Program-made: the position numbers and the translations under genes
NCBI RefSeq assembly: GCF_006345805.1
Contig: NC_042997.1
Span: 203,360,001-203,424,000, forward strand
Length of the DNA stretch: 64,000 nucleotides
Direction of reading: 5' to 3'
Source of the DNA: Octopus sinensis
Lineage: Eukaryota
Notes under the pieces: model-generated
What the model saw: only the letters and a program-made list of their open reading frames with translations
The model's database searches: none
What the model was told of the DNA's origin: nothing
In this document: piece after piece, positions 40,558 to 53,026 of the stretch
How positions within the stretch are numbered: the first letter of the stretch is position 1
Layout of the letters: the number at the start of each line of letters is the position of its first letter

Positions 40558-40822
40558 ATATATTTTTAAATGTCTTACTTTGAAAAATTGCATTCGGTGG
40601 GATTAGTAATATTTTTGGTAGAAATGACTGATTGTCCCTCTTAGCGTTTGGCAGGTATATATAATGCCTCCTGGCATGTATGTATAATTATGCCCTCTAT
40701 ATATAAATATATATATATATATAGATATATATATATGTAGGTCCCGGGTTGATTCGGGGTTAACCACAGTAAATAAGGTACTCAATACATAGCAGAGTAA
40801 AATTAATTTATTATATAGAAGG

Positions 40823-40873
40823 AGCTTCTACAGGACTAGAACTGTTTCATTCAAGAGAAATCTTCAGGAAGCT
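40823..40873 (-). ncRNA. Type I hammerhead motif, family C copy A
   Basis: AGCUUC CUGAAGA UUUC-UCUU-GAAU GAAA CAG-UUCUAGUC-CUG UA GAAGCU. Stem I 6 bp, stem III 4 bp, GUA site. Confidence 0.85.
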
Positions 40874-41112
40874 AGTTAACAAGATTGTATTGGCATTTAT
40901 ACATTTAGGCAGGTTGGTGGGGGACTTTTTGGGGGTAGGCATAGCGCAAAAAATCATACTTGGGGGAGTGGTCAAGGAGTCAGTGTTAATTAGATAGGAG
41001 AATAAATAAAAAATAAAAAATAAAAAATAAAAATAAAAAATAGAAAATAAAAAATAAAAAATAGAAAATAAAAAGATATAAAAAAATAAAAATAAAAATA
41101 AAAATAAAAAAT

Positions 41113-41144
<32 letters not shown>

Positions 41145-41468
41145 TCTATATATATATACATATATATACACATATATATGTATATATATGTATATATATA
41201 TATAGATATATATATATATTTTTTTTTTTATTTATTTTTTTTATTTTTATTTTTATTTTTATTTTTTTATATCTTTTTATTTTCTATTTTTTATTTTTTA
41301 TTTTTTATTTTTTATTTTTTATTTTTTATTTTTTATTTATTCTCCTATCTAATTTAACACTGACTCCTTGACCACTCCCCCAAGTATGATTTTTGCGCTA
41401 TGCCTACCCCCAAAAAGTCCCCCACCAACCTGCCTAAATGTATAAATGCCAATACAATTCTTGTAACT

Positions 41469-41519
41469 AGCTTCCTGAAGATTTCTCTTGAATGAAACAG
41501 TTCTAGTCCTGTAGAAGCT
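41469..41519 (+). ncRNA. Type I hammerhead motif, family C copy B
   Basis: Same 51-nt motif on the plus strand; predicted cleavage after 41513. Confidence 0.85.
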
Positions 41520-41633
41520 CCTTCTATATAATAATATATATATATATGTAGGTCCCGGGTTGATTCGGGGTTAACCACAGTAAATAAGGTACTCAATACA
41601 TAGCAGAGTAAAATTAATTTATTATATAGAAGG

Positions 41634-41684
41634 AGCTTCTACAGGACTAGAACTGTTTCATTCAAGAGAAATCTTCAGGAAGCT
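41634..41684 (-). ncRNA. Type I hammerhead motif, family C copy C
   Basis: Same 51-nt motif on the minus strand. Confidence 0.85.
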
Positions 41685-41924
41685 AGTTAACAAGAATTGT
41701 ATTGGCATTTATACATTTAGGCAGGTTGGTGGGGGACTTTTTGGGGGTAGGCATAGCGCAAAAAATCATACTTGGGGGAGTGGTCAAGGAGTCAGTGTTA
41801 AATTAGATAGGAGAATAAATAAAAAATAAAAAATAAAAAATAAAAAATAAAATAGAAAATAAAAAATAAAAAATAGAAAATAAAAAGATATAAAAAAATA
41901 AAAATAAAAATAAAAATAAAAAAT

Positions 41925-41956
<32 letters not shown>

Positions 41957-42276
41957 TCTATATATATATACATATATATACACATATATATGTATATATA
42001 TGTATATATATATATAGATATATATATATTTTTTTTTTTATTTATTTTTTTATTTTTATTTTTATTTTTTTTTTTATATCTTTTTATTTTCTATTTTTTA
42101 TTTTTTATTTTTTATTTTTTATTTTTTATTTTTTATTTTTTATTTATTCTCCTATCTAATTTAACACTGACTCCTTGACCACTCCCCCAAGTATGATTTT
42201 TGCGCTATGCCTACCCCCAAAAAGTCCCCCACCAACCTGCCTAAATGTATAAATGCCAATACAATTCTTGTTAACT

Positions 42277-42327
42277 AGCTTCCTGAAGATTTCTCTTGAA
42301 TGAAACAGTTCTAGTCCTGTAGAAGCT
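42277..42327 (+). ncRNA. Type I hammerhead motif, family C copy D
   Basis: Same 51-nt motif on the plus strand; predicted cleavage after 42321. Confidence 0.85.
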
Positions 42328-42376
42328 CCTTCTATATAATAAATATATATATATATAATATATATATATATATTAT

Positions 42377-42942
42377 GGGCCCCGTGTCGGTGGCACGTAA
42401 AAGCACCATCCGTTCGTGTTCATTGCCAGCCTCGCCTCGCCCCGTGCTAGTGACACGTAAAAGCACCGTCCGTTCGTGGCCGTTTGCCAGCTCTGTCTGG
42501 CCCCGTGTCGGTGGCACGTAAAAGCACCATCCGTTCATGTTTATTGCCAGCCTCGGCTGGACCCCGTGCCAGTGACACGTAAAAGCACCGTCCGTTCGTG
42601 GCCGTTTGCCAGCACTGTCTGGTCCCGTGTCGGTGGCACATAAAAGCACCATCCGTTCGTGTCCGTTGCCAGCATCGCCTGGCCCCGTGCCGGTGACACA
42701 TAAAAGCACCATCCGTTTGTGGCTGTTTGCCAGCTCTGTCTGGCACCTGTGCAGGTGGCACGTAAAAAACACCCACTACACTCGCGGAGTGGTTGGCGTT
42801 AGGAAGGGCATCCAGCCGTAGAAACACAGCCAGATCTGACTAGGCCTGACGAAGCCTTCCAGCTTCACGGACCCCAGTTGACCCGTCCAACTCATGCTAG
42901 CATGAAAAGCGGACGCTAAATGATGATGATGATGATGATGAT
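42377..42942 (+). mobile_element. RTE-LINE 3'UTR-type short element with about seven ~58-bp tandem units and (TGA)n tail
   Basis: Units GCCCCGTGTCGGTGGCACGTAAAAGCACCATCCGTTCGTG.., then ..AAGGGCATCCAGCCGTAGAAAC..CATGAAAAGCGGACGCTAAATGATGATG. The same tail ends the RTE copy at 61462. Confidence 0.8.
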
Positions 42943-44006
42943 TCTTTAACAAATGAAGTAAACTTACATCCTGTGTCAAATTCTGGACCAAAAAACTGGC
43001 CCACTATGACTTCTTAGCTTCTCTTCATGACATTTCTATTTCAGACCAATCCTAGCCAATCAGTCATTTTTAACTTAAATTTGTTGTTGGAGCTTTCTGC
43101 TAAAGAATGCAGTTATCATTTGGAGTCAATAAAGAGTGACAATATTATTTCATTTCTTTGTCAATCAAAGAGACACTTTCACCTCCTGTTTGCATGTTTG
43201 CTTATAACAAACATTTTTATTTTTTCGATAAACCTTTGTTGACATTATGTATATTTTCACTTGCATGCTGTTCTTGTCTATCTCGCACTCAGTCAAGTTT
43301 GACACCACAAAACACTATGACAGTTGATTCAAATATCAATAAAATCATTGCATTATTTTTATATATATTTTTTTTATCTTTTACCTTTTCGTTGAAAAAT
43401 ATGAAAATTTCAATGAATTTTCTGGCTTTTGTTGACTTTATATGGCTTCAATCAATTTGTCTTTTTGAATGGTTTGTTTTTCTATGAAAATGTTTTTCTA
43501 CAAATATATCTTCCTACAAATATGTCTTTTGGTTTGTCTTTCAATGAATGTGTTTTTAACAAATGTGTTTTCATCAACTGTTCCTTAGATTCGTGAATAT
43601 ATGTACCTATGCATGTGTGCATGTATGTATGAGTATAAATCATCATCATCATCATCGTTTAACATCTGCTTTCCATGCTAGCATGGGTTGGACGGTCTGA
43701 TTGAGGGCTGGCAGGCTGGGTGGCTGTGCCAGACTCCAATCTGATCTGGCAAGGTTTCTACAGCTGGATGCCCTTCCTAACACCAACTACTCGGAGAGCA
43801 TATAATGCCAACCACTCTGAGAGCATATAAATATATAAAATATATTTATATTTACATTTGATGGATGAGCAGAAACAAGAAAAAAGCACAGCAAAAGGAA
43901 AACATTTTAACAAAGGTGTTATAAAGCTTGAAAGGAAAGGGTTTTAATATTTTGGATGCTAGTCTTTCATCAGAAAAAAGAAAAAGGAGGAAATGTGGTT
44001 GAAGGA

Positions 44007-44037
<31 letters not shown>

Positions 44038-44769
44038 ACTCACACACACACACATGAGCAACACAGGTGTTTACAAACATTTATAAATAGTGTGTGATAA
44101 TAATTATTTAGTAACACATCGAATTAAACATTTAAAGCTGACTGGACAGGGATGTTATGACTTTTCAAAATAACAGGAATCTGTTGGATAAAAATGATTG
44201 ACAAGGAGTAAAGAATAATGTAAACATTAAAAATTAGTCAAAGTTGACCTAAAACTGGATAACACAATTCAAAGACAAGGACAAATGAGTATCACAAAAA
44301 CAAGTTAATAAATAAAGTAAATTGTTGAATAAATAAGTTTGCTGTAATGAAGATGGAGTGCAGAGTCCATGTCAAGTAGAAGGAAAGAAAACAGAAAAGA
44401 GAAGAGGATGAAAAAGAAAAGAAAATGTAAGCTAAGTTATCAAACATTTTTAATTACAAAGACAGTTTGTAATCAAATATGGCTACAGAAACAATATACA
44501 TATGTATGCATGTATGTATGTATGTATGTATGTACATAGTAAAAGAAGGGAGGTAGGAGTGATCAGAAAACCTGCATTAAATAGGTGAATCAACAGAGAC
44601 CTAAAGGTGTTGTTCTACATGTTTGGTATTAAGGAGACAAAAAAAAAAAAAGACACACAAGCATGAAAAAACTCATCAAAATATAAGGATAAAATCTGAT
44701 TTCAAAATATATAAAGACTAGCTGAAGGTGACCCGCTCTACGCGCGGGTAAGAGTGTGGTTGTTACTTT

Positions 44770-45090
44770 CTGTTGCTTCCTTTCAGAACGTAAAAAGCAC
44801 CATCCAAACGTGGCCGATTGCAGCGCTGCCTTGACTGGCTTCTGTGCTGGTGGCACGTAAAAAGCACCAACCAATCGTTGCCGCTGCCAGCTCCCCTGGC
44901 ACCTGTGCCAGCGGCACGAAAAAAGCACCCACTACACTCACAGAGTGGTTGGCGTTAGGAAGGTCATCCACCTGTAGAAACACTGCCAGATCAGACTGGA
45001 GCCTGGTGCAGCCTCCTGGCTTCCCAGACCCCGGTCAAACTGTCCAACCCGTGCTAGCATGGAAAACGGACGTTAAATGATGATGATGAT
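44770..45090 (+). mobile_element. RTE 3'UTR-type short element
   Basis: Same tandem units and tail as 42377-42942. Further copies at about 6190-6450, 43640-43800(-), 48240-48540(-), 51300-51490, 54480-54710, 55810-55995. Confidence 0.75.
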
Positions 45091-45329
45091 TCTCCCTCTT
45101 TGTTTCTCTCTCCTTTCTCTCTCACTTTCCCACTCTCTTACTTTTCTTTTCTATCGGACTCTCCCTCGCTTTCTCTTACTCTCTATCTTTATCTATCTCT
45201 CTCCCATTTATAAACAACAAAAGATCTTGAGTAAGTTGAGAAATAAAATATTTAGAAAGATCAATCATAAATATCAGGCAGTAACAACGGAAAGGTCTGC
45301 TTCAAGGCAGACAGCAAAACGCTAACATT

Positions 45330-45765
45330 TAAAAGGGACAGACAAACTTGCGAGCTGAATAAAAATAATAAAATATTGGAAACCAAAGTTTGAAGGGATA
45401 GAATGTGAGGATAGTAGAGTCACCATGGCTGGCATTTCTTAATGACGGACAGCAACGTATTGACAGTTTAACGGCTGGCGTAAAATTTTGAACTTGATGT
45501 AAAAGAAAATTCGTAAACACCAAGTTTTGAAGTGATTCTTTCTCATGACAGTAGACTCACCATGGCAAGCATTCAAAACTTCCTCATCATGGACGGCAAC
45601 ACATTGATGATTAAAAGGCTGGCGCAAATTTTTTAGCTTGATGTAACAGAGAATTCCTAAACACTCGCTCATTTAAATTTTAATCCCCTTCCAGACCCAT
45701 TTAGACCCCTTTTCACATTTTGGTTAATATAACCCGATTTCATTCGGGTCTACTGGGGCCACATT
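45330..45765 (-). mobile_element. HINE-like element with internal ~137-bp tandem repeat
   Basis: Minus-strand start ..CCAGTAGACCCGAATGAAATCGGGTTA (hairpin). Two internal copies of GTAGA(G/C)TCACCATGGC..AACAC; GACAGACA motif at the other end. Confidence 0.4.
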
Positions 45766-45903
45766 TTATAAGATGAGGAATTTTGTCCTAGAGGTCACAC
45801 CTTTCATTTGAGGAAAAAAATAGTTGTCATGCAAACTTGCCAGCACTTTTAACATAGGTGTGCATATTTTCAGCTGAACCGACCGACCACATAATGCACA
45901 CAT

Positions 45904-45937
<34 letters not shown>

Positions 45938-46750
45938 CACGCATTATATATACAAATTATATATATATATGTATAAATTAAATTAAAGATAAAACCACTA
46001 ATAGGCAAATCAAACAGTAAAAAACCAAAAATAAAAACATAAAAATAAAAATATAATATATAAAATATATAAAATATAAAATTGAAAAATTGAAATTATT
46101 TAAAATTAAAATAAAAATTATTAAATTATATTTATAATTTGTTTAAAAATGTATATATCAAAAAGTATTAAAAAGTTTAATATACATAAATACAGATATA
46201 TACACTTTGTATATATACATTATATATACATATTTATATATAGAACATACACACACACATATATAAATGAACGCAAGAAATATCTGATTCGTAATACTTG
46301 TTCTCATGCTCGTGTGTTTGTGGTGGCGATGATGATTCTCTCTATGAATGCAGACAGATACATAAAAGAACGCCGTTAGACGAACTTATAAAGGGAAAGT
46401 GAAAGGGAGTTAGAGGGGAATGGAGGAAATAGTGTGAGTGAGTGAGGAAGACATATACGTAGAAGAACGGGAGTGGACTTGTCAAAGTGGGTTTTTGGCC
46501 CCTAGCAATGACACCTTTTAAGATAGGGATTTCTAAGGTAGCCCACGGGCATCGTCACCTCATTTTACATGTCCCTGTAAATTTTGGAGTGAATCAGACG
46601 GGATGTAGTGGCCTTGAAAGCGATCCAAGCGGTAAAAACACATTTCAGTTTTATATATAGAGATGTAAAATGTATTTGGTGGTATGGAAAAAGTGGGAAT
46701 GGTAATTTAAAAAAAGGAATTGTGGTATAATAAAATATTACATGTGCATA

Positions 46751-47093
46751 GGCATAGGCATGGCTGTGTGGTAAGAAGCTTGCTGCCTAACCACATGGTT
46801 CCAGGTTCAGTCCCACATTGGGCAAGTGTCTTCTACTTAGCCTGGAGCCGACCAAAGCCTTGTGAGTGAATTTGGTAGATGGAAACTGAAAGAAGCCTGT
46901 CATATATATATATATATATATGTGTGTATCTTTGTATCTGTGTTTGTTCCCCCGCCACCATCACTTGACAACCGATGTTGGTGTGTTTACGTCCCCGAAA
47001 CTTAGTAGTTCAGCAAAAGAGACCAATAAAATAAGTACTAGGCTTACAAAGATTAAGTCCTGGGGTTGATTCCTTCAACTAAAGGCGGTGCTC
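46751..47093 (+). mobile_element. tRNA-derived SINE with internal TA/TG microsatellite
   Basis: Head GGCATGGCTGTGTGGTAAGAAGCTTGC..GGTTCAGTCCC (A/B-box-like). Related copies at about 1890, 9940, 19400 and 58718. Confidence 0.75.
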
Positions 47094-47669
47094 TTAATCT
47101 TTTTGATTTGACCCTACTCTATACTGTTTTCTCCCCCATCAGTTTTTCTAATTCCTTTTTCTCCCCTTCATTGTTTTCTATTTGTCTCTCTCTCTTCCCC
47201 TCTTTCTCTTTTTCTCTCTCTCGTTGCTCACACTTGAGCATCGTCCATCTTTCTTTTCCTTCAGGACTGAAATATTCTATCTCTCTCTTCTATCTTTTCT
47301 TTTTTCTAAGAAAATATTTTTCCAGCATTTGCTATTTTACCTTCGTTCTGGTCCAACGACCCTCCATGTTTGTTTTCATTCTGTTTCTTTGTATGTCTCC
47401 ACTTTCCTGTTTTTGTTCCCAACTTTGACGCTCCATAAATCCAAAATTTTATTTTGGTACTTATGGGAGCAACTGTCTTCAAAGACTTATATTGTCATTC
47501 AATGCTCGAAATAAGGAGTAGATAGACAACCAACAACTGATGAATGGTTGTTTTTTGTGTTATTTGTCCTGTTTTCCAAAAATTTCTCTCGTTGTTTGCA
47601 TATTGAACTCATTTATTTTCCTATTTCACATTGTTTACTGTTGGTGACTTCTTGTACCCATATATGCAT

Positions 47670-47700
<31 letters not shown>

Positions 47701-50519
47701 AGTGTATTACTTATATTATTATACCTATAACACAGTTGAGAAAAAACATCAAAAAGAGCAAAAGGGAAAAACAAAAATCTTTTATAAAACCATGTAATGA
47801 TTAAACGTGATGGACAGAAGGAATCAATGCAAATTCAAACAAATAAAAAGTGCAAAAACACATCCAAAATATTTTAACTAACGGATAAAATTATATGGGG
47901 ATAGTCACAAATAGTTATATATATTTATTATTCAGTGCCAAAGGGTTTGAAATAACTGTGTGTGCATGTGTGTGTGTGTGTGTAAATAAATTTGCAGTAG
48001 AAGATGTGGATTTAGAGAATCATGTGACTATCACAGAAAGCTCCTCTTATGGACTCAGCTAACAGTTTACATAGTAATACAATATAGAAAAGTGTAATGT
48101 AGGGTGTGCAGAAGCACTGATCGATTAAATTATTTCATGAGGAGTATATAAACCATAAAATGTCAGAAGGTATGAAAGGTGGATATATTTATTTAACAAT
48201 TTGGCATCCTTAGTGTTACAGCTGTTTCATAGTCTTCATCATCATTTAATGTCTTCTTTCTATGCTGGTTGGGTGGTTTGACAAGAGCTGACTAGGCAGG
48301 AGCCTGCACCATGTCTGATCTGGCAAGAATCTGTTTTGGCATGGTTTTTACAGCTGGATGCCCTTCCTAACACCAACCGCTTCACAGAATGGTCTGAGTG
48401 ATTTTTACATGGCACTCACACAGGTGAGATCAGTTTTGGCATGGTTTTTACAGCTGGATGCCCTTCCAAATGCCAACCACTTTACAGAGTGGGCTGGGTG
48501 CTTTTTAAGTAACACCTGCACTGGTAAGGTTACCAAGTGACTGTTGAAGACAAAGAGTCTTTGAGAGGAGGGGAGTATTGGAGGAGTTGATCTTGTGTCA
48601 GATGATGACAGAGAGGAAGAAACAGATGACTTGTATTAGAGGAAGCCCATGGTTACCCAGCCAGAGAAAGGGGGAGAGAGAGAGAGGAAGAAAAGAGAGG
48701 GAGAAAAAGAGAGCAAAAGTTAACAAGAATGAGAGCAGAAGCAGTTACCTAGAGAGAAAGCAGGAATTAACAAGAGGTGTGTTGCTGTAAAGGAGATACA
48801 TGGTTACCTAGCCAGAGGTAAGAGCAAGGGAAAGGAGAGAGAGTAATCAAGAATGAAGGCAGAAACAGGTTTGTTGCTGTAGAGGAGATACATGATTACT
48901 CAGCCAGAGGGGAGAACAGGGGAAAGAGAGAGAGAGAGAGAGTAGAAGACAGCAAGAATAGGAGAGGGTTGGCAGCAAGCCCCAGGATATACTTGCAAGG
49001 AACGTGGATCAGGGCATAGATGGGATGGTAGAGTAAGGAAGAGGGAGATGAATTGTGGCAGGTACTGATGGGGTATCGACAAGGGGGTCACGCGTTGAGA
49101 TTGGAGGTAGGGGAATACAGTGACTGGTGAGAATCTGGGTGTAGAGAGGGAGGGGGGAGAAGCAACAATACAGAGAACAGGATAGCAAGGACTAGACTGG
49201 GGAGTAGGAGATAATAATAGTGTATGAAGAGAAAATATGAGGAAGAGAAGAGAAACACTTTGGGAAGGGAAGTGGAGTGGGATGTTGTTTAGTTTGTTGG
49301 GGTAGGGTGTGTAAAAAGTTACATGTGAGTGGAACACACAGCATTTCTAGAACTCAGTTTCACTGACATGGGTGGGTCTTCACAAGAACTTCATATTGTC
49401 AAACATCTCAGTCTATTGTCATTTCCTCCATGAGGCCCAACATCCTGAGATTGATCCTTACTACTTCATACCATGTCTTCCTGGGTCTCCCTCTTCTGCA
49501 AGTATCCTCCACTTTCATTGATCAGCACTTTTTTATAAAGCTATCTTCCTTCATGCATATCAAATGTCCAAACCAGCATAGTATTCTCTCTTACATGCTG
49601 CATTTGATTCCTCTTATGCCCAACTTTTCTCTGAATACATTTGCGTTTTGTCTTCTTGGTTTTTGTTCCAAAATATAAAAGTCAACATTTCCAATTGTTC
49701 TTTACATAAATGAAGAACTGGACAAACACCCCATTCTCCACCCATTCATGTGAGAGTCTTCCATCAACTCCTGGTACTTAGCTCTCTTCCTCTGTTGCAC
49801 CTTCTCCCTTCTCTCTCCCCAAGTCACAGTTAACTTCAATGGGAGTTAATTCTATGGATTGCCAAGTATACACAAAATAAATTGATTAAAGAGAAACTGA
49901 GGACTAGCTGTGTGAGTATATGTTCATCAAATGATTTAAATTGAGATCCTCTGTAGAAGGTCTTAACATGTGAGATACATCATTTAAGTAACTTCCCAAG
50001 ACATCTTGATCAAATCTTTCCTAAAATATATACAGAATGTTTGAAAGACAACCTTTGTATGCTCACCATTTCTAAATACAACGAATAGATTTATCTATAT
50101 TGATTTGTTTGTGTTGTGAAGATTTCACACAATTATGCAATATCTGCTATTGAATAGTAGATAAATTTATTAATTTATGAACACTAGACCATATTGATAA
50201 GAAATTTATTAGAGATGGACTTCAATTTATTTGTGGAACATAAAAGTGAAACAGCTTGCTGGCAAAAGTCAAGCACAGCTGTAGAAACCTAAGTTACACC
50301 AACTTATGTTAACCTATTTTGGGGGTATCATGAATTTTTTTAAAATGCCTATGGACAAACCTCAAAAGTATTTGGAAATTCAGTAGTTATTTGAAAGAAA
50401 TCAAGAAAAGGTTCTTGAATGATTTCTTTATTTTATGGAAGGAAAATCTTGATCAGATGAATGAATTTAAAATTTTCATTAACAGTGAAGACCCTGTGAT
50501 TTTGCTATGATTTTGGTTT

Positions 50520-50951
50520 TACTTGACTCAACAGGTCTTCTCAAGCATATCATATCGTCCGACACATCAAGGGTACTTTTAAATGGGTCAGACCTGCAAC
50601 ACCTGCATTGTCCATGGCTGTGATCTCACTTTAGTTGCTGGGTCTTCTCAATCACAACATATTTCCAAAGATGTTGGCCTCCTGTCATTGCCTCTGTAAG
50701 GCCCAACATTCGAAGGTCATGTTTCACCACCTCATCCCATGTCTTCCTGGGTCTACCTCTTCCACAGGTTCCTTCCACAGTTAGGGTGTGGCACTTCCTC
50801 ACACAGGTGTCTTCATCCATACATAACCCATGACCATACCAGCACAGTCATCTCTCTTGCACACCACATTTGATGCTTCTTATACCCAACTTTTCTCTCA
50901 GGGTGCTTACACTCTGTTGTGTATGCACACTGACATTACACATCCAGTGGA
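50520..50951 (-). mobile_element. RTE LINE 3' fragment
   Basis: MDEDTCVRKCHTLTVEGTCGRGRPRKTWDEVVKHDL matches 60804-61000. A similar fragment lies at about 49400-49640. Confidence 0.8.
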
Positions 50952-50984
50952 TCATATATATATATATATATATATATATCTATC

Positions 50985-51296
50985 TCACCGTGTCACCGTG
51001 ACCAACCAGGCTATGAGATATTGCTACACATCGCTGGTCACAATGCGCTTTGCATTGTTTTAGCCTTCAAATGATGCCATCCCCACTGGCTAAGCGAGCA
51101 GGCCAACAGAAGAAAGAGTGAGAGAAAGTTGTGGCAAAAGAGTACAGCAGGGATCGCCACCCACCCCCCTGCCAGAGCCTCGTGGAGCTTTAGGTGTTTT
51201 TGCTCAATAAACACTCACAACGCCTGTTCTGGGAATTGAAACTGTGATCCTATGACCACGAGTCCGCTGCCCTAACCACTGGACCATTGCGCCTCC
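50985..51296 (-). mobile_element. tRNA-derived SINE (third family)
   Basis: Minus-strand head GGAGGCGCAATGGTCCAGTGGTTAGGGCAGCGGACTCG..AGTTTCAATTCCC with A- and B-box-like motifs. Confidence 0.7.
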
Positions 51297-52982
51297 ATAT
51301 GGCACGTAAAAAGCACCCACCACACTCACAGAGTGGTTGGCATTAGGAAGGGCATCCAGCTGTAGAAACACTGCCAGATCAGACTGGAGCCTGGTGCAGC
51401 CTCCTGGCTTCCCAGACCCCGGTCGAACCGTCCAACCCGTACTAGCACGGAAAACAGACGTTAAACAATGATGATGATGATGATGATGTGTGTGTGTGTG
51501 TGTATCATCATTATTATCATCATTATCATTCAACGTTCATTTTTATGCTGACATGTGCTGGATGGTTTGACAGGGACTAGCTAGGCAGAAGACTGCACCA
51601 GGCTTCACTGTCTGTTACAGCAGGGTTTTTATGGCTAGATGTCCTTCCTTACACCAACCACCCTGCAGACTGGACTGAGTGCTTTTTACGTGGCATGACC
51701 ACCAGTGAGGTCTCTTTGGAATGGTTTCTACAGCTGGATCCCTTTCCAAACATTAACCACATTACAGTGTGGACTGGATGCACCAGCACTGGTGGGGTCA
51801 CCAAGTAACTTGCAAGACAAAGATCCTTTGGGAGTGGAGGGCATTGGAGGAGTAGGCCTTGTGCCAGGTGATGAGAGGTTAGAGTGTAGCAGAGAGATAG
51901 AAACAGGTTTTGCTATAGAGAAGAAACATGGTTACCCAGTGAGAGGGAAAGAGCAAAAGAGCAAGTGAGATCAAGAATGAGGATAGAAACTGGTGTGTTA
52001 CTGTAGGGGAAATACATGGTTACTCAGTCAGAGGAAGAGAGTAAGAGAAAGGGGGAGAGTGTGTGGAAGAGAGTGAGAGGGTGAGAGAACAAGAGAGAGC
52101 AGACGAAACAGAGGTGAAATGCCAGGGCATACCTTCAAGCAACTGGGATTAGAATTTAGATTGGATGGTAGAGTACAGTGAGACAGAGATAAGGTGCCAG
52201 GGTGTACCCTCAAGGTACAGGGATCAGAATATAAATGGGATGATAGAGTATTGCCAAGGGTGCATGAGAAGGGGGTAGGGACTTCACATGAATGCAAAGA
52301 GTGTGGGTGTGAGGAATTCAGTGACTGGTGAAATGCAGGTATATAGAGAAGATGAGGGACAACAGGATAGCAATTATACAGTGAGTAGGGCAGTGAGGAC
52401 AGGATTGGGGAATGAGAGGTAAGTATAAACATAGTGTGTGAAAAAGTGAAAATGTGAGGAAGTGAGGAGGAGAGGTAGTTTGGTTTGTGAAATTCTTTTT
52501 TTATACATATTTCATATATAGCATAGTTCTACCAACAGTTCTCTATGTGAGTGGAACAAGGAAGAACACCATGAAAATCAATAGAAAGCTTGATGCACTC
52601 CATTAATAATGCTTGAGAAGGATTTTTATAATGTACTGGCAAGACTGCATCAGCAATGAAGATATTCTAAAGAGACTCAACACAAGACCACTAAGCAAAG
52701 TCATAACAGAATGATGATTAAAATTAGCAGGTCATGTACTCCAGTTACTAAAACAACAACATTATAAACAGCTTTTAAATGGACAGCACCAGAGGGGAAA
52801 GGAAAGAAAAGAAGATAAAAAATTACATAGTGCAGAACATTCCTAACCAACATAGGAGAGTCAAATATTACATAATCAGATGCAGAGAAAGTAACTGCAG
52901 CCAATAGAAACCAGTGGCTTCAACTTACTGCCCAATGTACTCAAGAACACAAGAGGAACTGAAACTCATAGGTATATAAATG

Positions 52983-53026
<44 letters not shown>

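Larger units (their letters stand above)
39140..40707 (-). repeat. Hammerhead-bearing ~485-bp tandem repeat (2.6 copies) followed by an inverted partial copy
   Basis: Units start at 39140, 39622 and 40108. Unit 3 breaks at 40406; 40407-40707 is the reverse complement of part of the unit. No ORF. Confidence 0.9.
40737..42345. repeat. Two tandem copies of a ~810-bp palindromic unit (HHR arm + (TAAAAA)n, TA spacer, inverted arm)
   Basis: Units start at about 40737 and 41548. Each has an A-rich arm and a mirror T-rich arm around a TA microsatellite. Confidence 0.9.

Noticed and set aside
42377-42780. Regularly spaced repeats that could look like a CRISPR array
   Set aside because: Whole units repeat with no unique spacers; eukaryotic retroelement context.
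51230-51296. tRNA-like sequence with A and B boxes (also near 5100 and 46760)
   Set aside because: No complete cloverleaf, and it continues into a SINE body.
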